A DNA stretch of 64,000 nucleotides from a virus, in IMG/VR virus record IMGVR_UViG_3300045119_000200, positions 1 through 64,000 of that record. One strand, written 5' to 3'. The translations under genes and the position numbers were made by a program. The notes beneath the pieces are model-generated. The model did no database searches and was not told the DNA's origin. It worked only from the letters and a program-made list of their open reading frames with translations. Positions 1 to 7,505 of the stretch are shown here, piece after piece (the first letter of the stretch is position 1; every line of letters starts with the position of its first letter).

Positions 1-29
1 GCGTTAAAATATTTGTATTCTTTTTTCAT
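1..29 (-). CDS. 5' end of an early gene running off the window (MKKEYKYFN...)
   Basis: ATG at 27-29 within the AATCACTGTCATG motif shared with other early genes. Confidence 0.6.
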
Positions 30-45
30 GACAGTGATTAATTTA

Positions 46-237
46 TTAAACAATCGTATTTGTTAAAGCCATATAAGCGAAATGACTGATGAAAGTAATC
101 GTCATTATTACAACTGATATAAGCGTGTAAAAAAGGTATTTGTCAGCGGCAAACAGTTCGTCTTTGAAATGTTTATAAAACATGATGATTAACAAAACTG
201 AAATTAGAATCGATTCTATGATATAAACTGTTTCCAT
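46..237 (-). CDS. Small membrane protein (2 TM)
   Basis: 63 aa, two hydrophobic segments, abuts neighbouring ORF. Confidence 0.7.
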   Translation of the reverse strand: METVYIIESILISVLLIIMFYKHFKDELFAADKYLFYTLISVVIMTITFISHFAYMALTNTIV

Positions 238-545
238 TATTCGAGTGATTTAATTATTCTTTCTAAAAATGTAGATCTGGATTCGAAATCAGACGGTGAC
301 CAAAAACCAGATCCAGATAATGAACCAATTTTTGGTTTCACATTTGCTTTAAACGGAATAGATATTTTCCACAAATCTGGATCGGTCTTATCTATATTCG
401 AAAGCCTGTTTTTTAAATCTTGGAAAAGCTTTATGTTTAAATAACATTCTTCGATAGCGATCAAACAAAGAAATAATTGATCGTTATTTGATCGTTTTCT
501 TCTTAATGTTGATAACATTCTTTTATAAAAATCAATTGTTTCCAT
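237..545 (-). CDS. Early protein, paralog family A (LC...W..D..SR..FL)
   Basis: Shared motifs with 874-1233, 2028-2333, 3047-3385. Confidence 0.75.
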   Translation of the reverse strand: METIDFYKRMLSTLRRKRSNNDQLFLCLIAIEECYLNIKLFQDLKNRLSNIDKTDPDLWKISIPFKANVKPKIGSLSGSGFWSPSDFESRSTFLERIIKSLE

Positions 546-893
546 TTATAATAAATTTCTATGTTTATACACAAAATCAATAGCTTCAATTCGGTCAGCT
601 GGTTTATTATGTTCCGCTAACAATCTCATGTAGTCGAACGCTTTGTATTTTACGTCTTTATCAGAGGTAGCATTAACTACTTTTTCCAACGATCTCACCA
701 CAGGGTATATGTATGTATCAAAACGTGGATTATGTAGCGGATTTGCCCATACGTCCAAGTAATCATCCCAGACAGAATCATAAGGTCTGCTAATCGATTT
801 GTCTTGGTAATTTCCAATAACTACACCTCTGACATTATCCGTGACAGTGATTTCTATACAACCACCTAATTGATTAAGAGTTAATTTCTTCAT
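546..893 (-). CDS. Hypothetical early protein
   Basis: 115-aa ORF in a tightly packed operon. Confidence 0.7.
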   Translation of the reverse strand: MKKLTLNQLGGCIEITVTDNVRGVVIGNYQDKSISRPYDSVWDDYLDVWANPLHNPRFDTYIYPVVRSLEKVVNATSDKDVKYKAFDYMRLLAEHNKPADRIEAIDFVYKHRNLL

Positions 894-1233
894 GATTTTC
901 TAATTTTGTTAAGATCGATTGTAAAAACTTTGTTCTGTTATCATAGTCATATGTTGACCATAAGCCCCAACTGTCTTGATAAACTCTGAAAGGATTTCTG
1001 CCTATAGTGTGTTCTGTTGAGGTCTTATAACTTTCCGGATACCAAGCTTTCATATTTCTTACCTGAAGAGAGAAAAACCATCTGAATTCAGGTGAAATAT
1101 ATTCGCTTAAATTAATCCAAGGGCATAAATAAGCTGAAGTTTTATTCAGTTCTGCCATGTTCATTACTTTAATCAGTTTTTTAATGTCTTTAATCAACTG
1201 ATCTTTCGGTGCGGATAATACAAATTTGTTCAT
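874..1233 (-). CDS. Early protein, paralog family A
   Basis: AYLC...GLWSTYDYDNRTKFL. Confidence 0.75.
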   Translation of the reverse strand: MNKFVLSAPKDQLIKDIKKLIKVMNMAELNKTSAYLCPWINLSEYISPEFRWFFSLQVRNMKAWYPESYKTSTEHTIGRNPFRVYQDSWGLWSTYDYDNRTKFLQSILTKLENHEEINS

Positions 1234-1236
1234 GAC

Positions 1237-1392
1237 TTATTGATTATTTGTTAATAAAACAATGCCTGTTATAAAGCAAACGATAGCTATTACAAAGAAA
1301 TAGCACCAATACCATTTACCTCGTCTGATTAATTCTAATGCTATTAGAAAAAATATAATTGCGGATATGATCCAATAGGTTGATAAATTCAT
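1237..1392 (-). CDS. Small membrane protein (51 aa, not in ORF track)
   Basis: Manual translation MNLSTYWIISAIIFFLIALELIRRGKWYWCYFFVIAIVCFITGIVLLTNNQ fills the gap between genes. Confidence 0.65.
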   Translation of the reverse strand: MNLSTYWIISAIIFFLIALELIRRGKWYWCYFFVIAIVCFITGIVLLTNNQ

Positions 1393-1405
1393 GATGATTT
1401 AATTT

Positions 1406-2008
1406 TTATTTCCAAAGATTTTTATTATTTCTATAAAATACCCATGTTGCGGATTGGACCAACAACGGGCTTACATTCAGCTTTTCAGCTGCTTTCTGAT
1501 AACATGACGAAAAGAAATTGTATTGTAACACAGTCATATTGTTGTAATAGTCATCCGTAGAAATCTGGTTTGTAGCGATTGTTAAGGCGTGACGATCAAT
1601 TGTAATATTTCCACCGTTGTTTGGGTGAAGGATGTTTTTACAAAACGAAACAATCTTTTTACCGTTTAATATTTTATAAACGTCGCTTTCATCGTTAGCA
1701 AAATCTAAAATCGTTTGCGCTTTATCACAAAACTGTTTCATATGAGATCTTTCAGCACCTTTGGTCCTGATAAATAATTCAGCAATCCTTTTGTTGTTGT
1801 CCCAACGTTTTAATGGTGATAATGCTGATATTATCCCACAGGCCACGAACAATTGAACGTTATAAGTATTACTTAAATAAATAGCGAAGTTGTGTGCCTC
1901 CTTATACCAGTCGTATTTATCGGATTCGTCACATAGAAGAAACGTTCTGATAATGTTGTTAACGACTTTTGTCTGGGTTAATTGTTCGTGTTTGTAGGTA
2001 ATTTTCAT
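1406..2008 (-). CDS. Conserved phage protein, DUF7178-like (possible HhH glycosylase-like fold)
   Basis: WY..AH, ISALSP..W..N, L.G.K...F..NI, ITIDRHA and C-terminal Q.ATW pattern. Confidence 0.6.
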   Translation of the reverse strand: MKITYKHEQLTQTKVVNNIIRTFLLCDESDKYDWYKEAHNFAIYLSNTYNVQLFVACGIISALSPLKRWDNNKRIAELFIRTKGAERSHMKQFCDKAQTILDFANDESDVYKILNGKKIVSFCKNILHPNNGGNITIDRHALTIATNQISTDDYYNNMTVLQYNFFSSCYQKAAEKLNVSPLLVQSATWVFYRNNKNLWK

Positions 2009-2027
2009 GACAGTGATTGTTTATAAT

Positions 2028-2333
2028 TTATCCGTTTTCAATAACGTCTTCTTTCAGATCGTGTAAAAATTGTTTTCTTGATTGATAATCATAAGCACTC
2101 CAAACAGGTTTTAAATCTGTATTCGTTGTTTCTACGTTCGTGATCGTTGTTTCATATGACTTCGGTGAAATCTTTTTCAGTCTCTTTAAATTCCTTTGTA
2201 AGAAATAGTAAAAGTCACTATTGATATTTTTAGCAGTTGAGCATAAATATAGTGTATAACGTCCATCATATAATTCATCGAGTCTATTTTCAGCAGTTTC
2301 GATATCTTTGATTTGTTGATCTAATGTGTACAT
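2028..2333 (-). CDS. Early protein, paralog family A
   Basis: LYLC...PVWSAYDYQSRKQFL. Confidence 0.75.
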   Translation of the reverse strand: MYTLDQQIKDIETAENRLDELYDGRYTLYLCSTAKNINSDFYYFLQRNLKRLKKISPKSYETTITNVETTNTDLKPVWSAYDYQSRKQFLHDLKEDVIENG

Positions 2334-2380
2334 GACAGTGATTATTTAAAGTTTAATTTTTGATTTTGATTTTGATTGTA

Positions 2381-2411
2381 ATAATCCTGCTGCAATTAAC
2401 AACAGGATTAT
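2381..2411 (-). terminator. Hairpin, possible terminator or processing site
   Basis: ATAATCCTG...CAGGATTAT inverted repeat in an intergenic gap. Confidence 0.4.
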
Positions 2412-2437
2412 ATAAGTTGCGATTAACAGATACATAA

Positions 2438-3034
2438 TTATAATGTTTTATCAATTTGCTCTGTAAATATTGCTTTCTCAGGATCAGTGATGTACATACT
2501 GATAAATTCCCTGTGATCTTTTACATAATCCTTATGGATTTTGTAGTATTGGTTTGTCCCTGCGATTTGAGCAATGATTAATTCTTTTTCGAACAACCAT
2601 TCTTCTGGAAGCTTACTTGATTGTACTGATGCAACAATTGACTCAGATCCAACATCAAAACCACAATTACACATTACGTGTAAATAGTCATGCCATGCAC
2701 GGAACTTATCGTAAACCTCTGAGTCACCGAAGATTGTAGGGAAATTTGTTTTAACAACTTGAATTTTTCCAGTTTCATCAAAACGATTTTTCATGTTGGC
2801 GAACGCTGTTTTATAATCGCTGTCATCGAACTCGTCATGCTCTGTCATGGTAAACATTGCTTTGTTTTCTTCAAACCAAGTTTCAACAAAGATGTTTAAA
2901 CGTTGGCTAAATGGCTCAATCGTATGCAATTTAGATGCGTTTTTCATTTTCTCTTTAGATAACAGGTAGTTATCTACGATTGATAATTTCGCTGCAATAG
3001 CGGTTGCGGATGGTAAAATGTTTTTCGTTTCCAT
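2438..3034 (-). CDS. FRAWHD-motif protein, paralog 1 (putative metal-binding)
   Basis: IFGD..V...FRAWHD..H...GF...E; clearly similar to 3394-4011. Confidence 0.75.
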   Translation of the reverse strand: METKNILPSATAIAAKLSIVDNYLLSKEKMKNASKLHTIEPFSQRLNIFVETWFEENKAMFTMTEHDEFDDSDYKTAFANMKNRFDETGKIQVVKTNFPTIFGDSEVYDKFRAWHDYLHVMCNCGFDVGSESIVASVQSSKLPEEWLFEKELIIAQIAGTNQYYKIHKDYVKDHREFISMYITDPEKAIFTEQIDKTL

Positions 3035-3046
3035 AATGAATAATGT

Positions 3047-3385
3047 TTAAAGGTTTTTATTTTTGTTTAAGGTTTGTTCCAACTGTTCAATCCAAAGTTT
3101 TAAGTATTTTTCTCTGGTTGAAATTATATCTTCCGAAGCACGTCTACGTTGAATTGTATTAATAACTTCAACAGTTAACTCTGGGAATGCTATTTTAGTA
3201 TCATCAAAGTCCCAGTCCAATCCATCCGGCCCATCGTCTAAATAATGTATGTCCCATAATTTTGTAGGAAGTAATAAACAAAGACCATAGCCTTTTTCAA
3301 CATTTGCCAAAGCTTCTTTGTAAACTTCTAAACGAATTGTATCAGGTACTACTGAAAGAAGATTTTTTATATGTGTATTTTTCAT
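3047..3385 (-). CDS. Early protein, divergent member of paralog family A
   Basis: YGLC... and C-terminal R.KYL..WIEQLE. Confidence 0.65.
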   Translation of the reverse strand: MKNTHIKNLLSVVPDTIRLEVYKEALANVEKGYGLCLLLPTKLWDIHYLDDGPDGLDWDFDDTKIAFPELTVEVINTIQRRRASEDIISTREKYLKLWIEQLEQTLNKNKNL

Positions 3386-3393
3386 GACAGTGA

Positions 3394-4011
3394 TTAATTT
3401 TTACGTAAATCAATAAATCCTTTTTGTTGTCTCGTATGAATGGCTGTTACAGGATTCTGTAAATAGTCATAAGCAAACTTCCGCTGATCGATCAAGAACG
3501 CTTTATGCTGTCTGTAATATTGGTTTTGCCCTAATATTTCAGCTGTGATAAGTTGTTGTTCAAAGATCCAGTCTGACGGTAATTGATGGACCTGTGCGGT
3601 CCCGACTACAGACTCACCAGCAAAACCAAAGTCTTGGTTTAATAACACATGAGTTAAGTCATGCCATGCTCTGAAGATGTGATTATACACCGGATCACCG
3701 AAGATTGTACCTTCGCTTTCACCTGTCCAAATAACTATTTTTCCCGTTGCTGCATAATCGTTTTTCATTTTCTCAAAAGCCTGTTTTGGAGTCATTTCTG
3801 TAAAATAATCCACCTCAGAAAAGATAAATTTATCTTTGTGATCTGAATACCAACCTTTTAACCAATCGTTTAAACGCTGACTAAATGGCAGATCTTTTTT
3901 AAATCTGATAAAGTTCACACGCAAGTTTTCTTTTGCGTTTAAATATTGATCTGCAAATCCTAATTTGATTGCTATTTCGGCTAATACTGGGTTTGTTAAT
4001 GTTGTGTTCAT
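3394..4011 (-). CDS. FRAWHD-motif protein, paralog 2
   Basis: PFSQRLN, IFGD, FRAWHD, LP..W.FE, G.NQYY shared with 2438-3034. Confidence 0.75.
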   Translation of the reverse strand: MNTTLTNPVLAEIAIKLGFADQYLNAKENLRVNFIRFKKDLPFSQRLNDWLKGWYSDHKDKFIFSEVDYFTEMTPKQAFEKMKNDYAATGKIVIWTGESEGTIFGDPVYNHIFRAWHDLTHVLLNQDFGFAGESVVGTAQVHQLPSDWIFEQQLITAEILGQNQYYRQHKAFLIDQRKFAYDYLQNPVTAIHTRQQKGFIDLRKN

Positions 4012-4015
4012 GACT

Positions 4016-4228
4016 TTATAGATTTATGGTTTTTACTAATTTGAATGTTTCTTCTCTGTAGAAATTGGTAAATGTAAACACTTTAATTTGTGTTGCACCC
4101 TTTGATGGTTTGAACCAATCTAAACGGTTTTGTACCTTACGGAATGTTTTCGCATCCCTTACTATAGCGGAATCAAGCGATCCCAAAATTTCTTGTTCAC
4201 CTCTGTAGGCTCTGATAAAATAATCCAT
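4016..4228 (-). CDS. Hypothetical early protein
   Basis: Starts at the AATCACTGTC-ATG motif. Confidence 0.7.
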   Translation of the reverse strand: MDYFIRAYRGEQEILGSLDSAIVRDAKTFRKVQNRLDWFKPSKGATQIKVFTFTNFYREETFKLVKTINL

Positions 4229-4239
4229 GACAGTGATTT

Positions 4240-4765
4240 ATATTTGCTACTATTGCTGAGTTCGACTCTAAACGCTATAAACTTTTCTTTATCCTTTCGG
4301 ACGTTCAATCAATTACGATTTCTTCCGTAGTTTATCCGTTGGCAATAGCAATAGGTTTGTTTAAACAGTATATTGCTACGAATACGTTTGGGCACAATCC
4401 CCCTGATATATCCCCTACTTATTGGGTCATTCTCATATTATCGGTGTATTAATCCGGTTCCGTTAAATTCAATGAACTTGCAAGGCGATTATAACAATTG
4501 TTTTATATCTGTTTTCAGCTAAATTTGGCTTACTGTAGGATATTAAACAAAGATTTATAAAACTTAAACCTTTCCTGTTTACGCTTGCTTTAGGGGTTTG
4601 GTACGTGATCGCTGTACTTTAAAAATTGCTTTATCTGTTTTCGATAAATTGTAGTCTCTACTATAGGACAAAGCAATTTACTTTCCATTAAACGGGCTCG
4701 TTTCCCATTCCTAAAGTTTATATTAATGAACTCTTTTCTTACTGGTATTAACCAGTGTTTCAGTT
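4240..4765 (-). ncRNA. Candidate large structured non-coding RNA or 5' leader
   Basis: No credible ORF, many nested inverted repeats, directly downstream of a promoter at 4774-4781. Confidence 0.45.
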
Positions 4766-4773
4766 TGTTAAGG

Positions 4774-5495
4774 CAAAGATATGTAAAAGATTTTACACTC
4801 ACAAACAAAATTTAAAACTTTAACACTTTTTAACATTTGTTGGTTATAATTGTATGCTGTAGCCCTTATATTGCGAGGTCAAGCCAAAAACACTTTATTA
4901 TATTGCTATAATATACACACCTGTATCAAATACAACTCAATTAAGAATTGCGTTTCTCAACTCATACAAACCAGTCAAATTATGACAGTGATTGAAGTTT
5001 AGTTTTTAAATGATCGTCTATTCTTTGTCTACCTGATTAAGCAGTTTAGTACTTAATCAACGCTTTGAGCCTAAAGACCTATTTTTATAGTCGCTCAATC
5101 GACTTGTTTTTGTTGGGACAAATGTAGTAAAACATTTTGTTAAGTTCCAAATCTAAAAGTGTTAAAGTTTTGTTAAAGTTTCTAAAACCCCGTAACTGGT
5201 AGTGTTTCAGCCTTTACTTCTTTTAACTTGTTTTCATAAATCTTTGTTCTTTCATGCCCTTTAACACGTCGTCCTGATACTGTATCAATTAAGTTATATC
5301 TTACTGTTTGGACCTCGGTAACTGTATAGTATTGTTTAGAGGTGCAAGAGGATAAACCAAAAATAATAAGTGCGATTGCTAAAAAGAATCCCGCAAAGAT
5401 TGCTTTGTCTAATGTTTTCATAGTGTATATGTTTAAAGATCGTTTGTTCTGTTTTGTTGCAGCAAAGATATGTAATGAGAGTGATACAAAACAAG
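4774..5495 (-). promoter_or_regulatory. Three tandem leftward Bacteroidota sigmaA-type promoters (-7 boxes 4774-4781, 5119-5126, 5463-5470)
   Basis: Minus-strand TATCTTTG / TACATTTG / TATCTTTG with TTG/TTTG about 20 bp upstream (-33 element). Confidence 0.7.
5182..5421 (-). CDS. Lipoprotein
   Basis: Signal peptide with lipobox LSSC; directly after promoter 5463-5470. Confidence 0.75.
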   Translation of the reverse strand: MKTLDKAIFAGFFLAIALIIFGLSSCTSKQYYTVTEVQTVRYNLIDTVSGRRVKGHERTKIYENKLKEVKAETLPVTGF

Positions 5496-5634
5496 TGACA
5501 ATATGGCACGATATGTGACAACATGGTTCAAAGGTGCATGAATAGGGGAAATTGGTAATGTGTTAAAATTATGTTAAAGTATAATATGTGACAAAATGGC
5601 ACGATATAAATGAACTAATGTGACAGATAGTCAG
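5495..5634. repeat. Cluster of GTGACA-N3-TGGCAC-like quasi-palindromes
   Basis: Copies at 5495-5509, 5515-5529, 5588-5602, 5620-5634. Confidence 0.7.
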
Positions 5635-6197
5635 TTGAGCCCCGACCAAAGACAGACCAAACAAAATAAATAATTGAGCAAAACAATTGATTAATCAGTA
5701 AGCACACTAATAACATTTATATAACGAACGTTTGTTATTTGATTTTCCCACTGTAAAAAGATATGTTTCATTTTACCGGCCGGTCCGGTTGGGCTTATGT
5801 ATAAACGGTTGGGGAAATTTCAAACATCGGTTCTAATCGGCTTACAAAATTGTTAGTTTCATCTAACAAAATGTTTTTCGTCGAAGGGGAGTGGGTCGAA
5901 AAAAGTTGATTTCCTTTTGGCACTGGTGGGGGTCATTGTCTACATATACCCTAATCTCCCTAATTTTCTCAAATCGTATTTTGCTTAACCTTAAAAAATT
6001 TTTATAAAATTTACAACCTACCTCTGAACCAAACATCCATTTCTTGGGGTGACATTTCTCTCAAAAATCAATCTTCTCTATTCTTTAACCCAATCATACC
6101 AGACAACATATTCAAATCGAAAAATCCTACCCACGTCATCTAAATCAATTTGATCAACCAGTCATCCTGTAAAATAATTTACAAAAAGTAAAATATT

Positions 6198-6212
6198 TGG
6201 CACAGTGTTTGC
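6198..6212 (+). promoter_or_regulatory. sigma54-type -24/-12 motif
   Basis: TGGCAC-AGTGT-TTGC upstream of ORF 6372. Confidence 0.6.
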
Positions 6213-6371
6213 TCCATCATAAAACATGAGATGAACCAAAACCTCAAACATTAAATTTAAGGGGTAGCATTTCTCTCATACGTCAACTCAAATACATTTC
6301 TAATATATTCATACCGGAAAATAATTTGAATCGAAAATTTAAAGAAATGTCAACAAAACAATTAAAACAAA

Positions 6372-6656
6372 ATGGAACAATTAGCAAGAACAATTGAATT
6401 ACGTGGTTTGGGTGAACCAATCACAGCAACTGAAGTAAAGAGAACAGGAAAGGTTTGTATGTACTTACGATCAGATAATGTTTACGAAGTCTTCATCGTT
6501 AAAGTTGCCAAAGCAAAGAATTTATTCGGGAAGCAATATGAAGAAAGGGAAGTCTACCCAACCAATGAAGACTTTGGTTCTAATGCTTGGTGCTTTTCGA
6601 AAGAGATCGAACCGGCAGATAGACTTTTTAATAAATTGGTAAACGAAGGAAACTAA
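6372..6656 (+). CDS. Hypothetical phage protein
   Basis: 94 aa with YEVF...E.YP..EDFG..AW pattern; A-rich start context. Confidence 0.75.
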   Translation: MEQLARTIELRGLGEPITATEVKRTGKVCMYLRSDNVYEVFIVKVAKAKNLFGKQYEEREVYPTNEDFGSNAWCFSKEIEPADRLFNKLVNEGN

Positions 6657-6660
6657 TAAA

Positions 6661-6711
6661 TTGTTAGACGACTCTAACAATTAGCTTAAAAAATGTTAGA
6701 CGAGTCTAACA
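6661..6711. repeat. Tandem palindromes TGTTAG-N6-CTAACA (third copy 5850-5869)
   Basis: TTGTTAGACGACTCTAACAA and TGTTAGACGAGTCTAACA. Confidence 0.8.
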
Positions 6712-6774
6712 ATATAGGCAGACCAGCCAAAGAAAGTAAGCAAAGAAAACCCAGAATAGAAAGTATACACTTCG

Positions 6775-7000
6775 TGTAATAGGAATTAAATAGATTAGAT
6801 GATTATAATTTTAAATATTATACGGTAAGATTATAATATTACATATAGATTAATTGTATATACTTCTTCTTTAATTCAATACTTCAGAAGTTATAACATA
6901 CTATTCTTTATTATCGTAGAAGTATTATCTAATAACATCTATATACTATAATATTATATAATATAATAATATAAGATAATTATTCTATACATCAATTTGT
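6775..7000. other. Extremely AT-rich non-coding tract, candidate replication origin/unwinding element
   Basis: TA-rich low-complexity, ORF-free, next to palindromes. Confidence 0.4.
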
Positions 7001-7077
7001 ATTGCTTAATCAACCTCAACCCCTTTATTGATCAAACTTCCGGCCACTTCAGTAATGAAATTCGGAAGTAAAATATT

Positions 7078-7092
7078 TGGCACGGTCTTTGC
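7078..7092 (+). promoter_or_regulatory. sigma54-type -24/-12 motif
   Basis: TGGCAC-GGTCT-TTGC 25 bp upstream of ATG 7118; shares AAGTAAAATATTTGGCAC with the 6198 site. Confidence 0.62.
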
Positions 7093-7117
7093 TAAATTAA
7101 CATTATAAACTTTAAAA

Positions 7118-7306
7118 ATGGAAAACGAGATAAAATATCTTAATAAAGCGATCAAAGAAATCAGAGAAGGTAAGATTCATTATTCTCAAATGACATCTTG
7201 GTCAAAGAATAGAGATGAAGGTTATAATGATGGTTTAGAAGCAGCATCTTTGTATTTAGAAAAGCGAGTAAAGTATTTAAATAAAAGAATTAAAAATGGA
7301 AAATAA
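7118..7306 (+). CDS. Hypothetical protein
   Basis: First ORF of the rightward operon. Confidence 0.65.
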   Translation: MENEIKYLNKAIKEIREGKIHYSQMTSWSKNRDEGYNDGLEAASLYLEKRVKYLNKRIKNGK

Positions 7307-7505
7307 AATATTAAGACTCGGAAATGTAGCTGATGGCTACGGAGCATACGGAATAATACTTGATCAAATATTCTCTGTTGAGAAAGTTGAAGATAATAAA
7401 TTTCGACTACGAGAAGAATGTGACGCTTGGTATTCAAAAGATCTGACCAAAGCAGAATTACTTTTAATGATCGAAGAACTTAAAAACTGGGTAGAAGAAC
7501 AATGA
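7296..7505 (+). CDS. Hypothetical protein
   Basis: Overlap-coupled with both neighbours. Confidence 0.65.
   Translation: MENKILRLGNVADGYGAYGIILDQIFSVEKVEDNKFRLREECDAWYSKDLTKAELLLMIEELKNWVEEQ

Larger units (their letters stand above)
27..4993 (-). repeat. Dispersed 13-bp start-codon motif AATCACTGTCATG (27-39, 2006-2018, 2331-2343, 3383-3395, 4226-4238; variant 4981-4993)
   Basis: Exact copies read from the sequence; the ATG matches the ORF start in four annotated ORFs plus the truncated gene at 29. Confidence 0.92.

Noticed and set aside
4590-4808. 72-aa ORF across the structured region (also 4130-4330 and 5336-5524)
   Set aside because: Non-ATG or poor start context, overlaps promoters or real genes, no protein-like features.
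27-4993. CRISPR-like array from the 13-bp repeats
   Set aside because: Spacing is gene-sized and irregular, the repeat is too short, and no cas operon is present.
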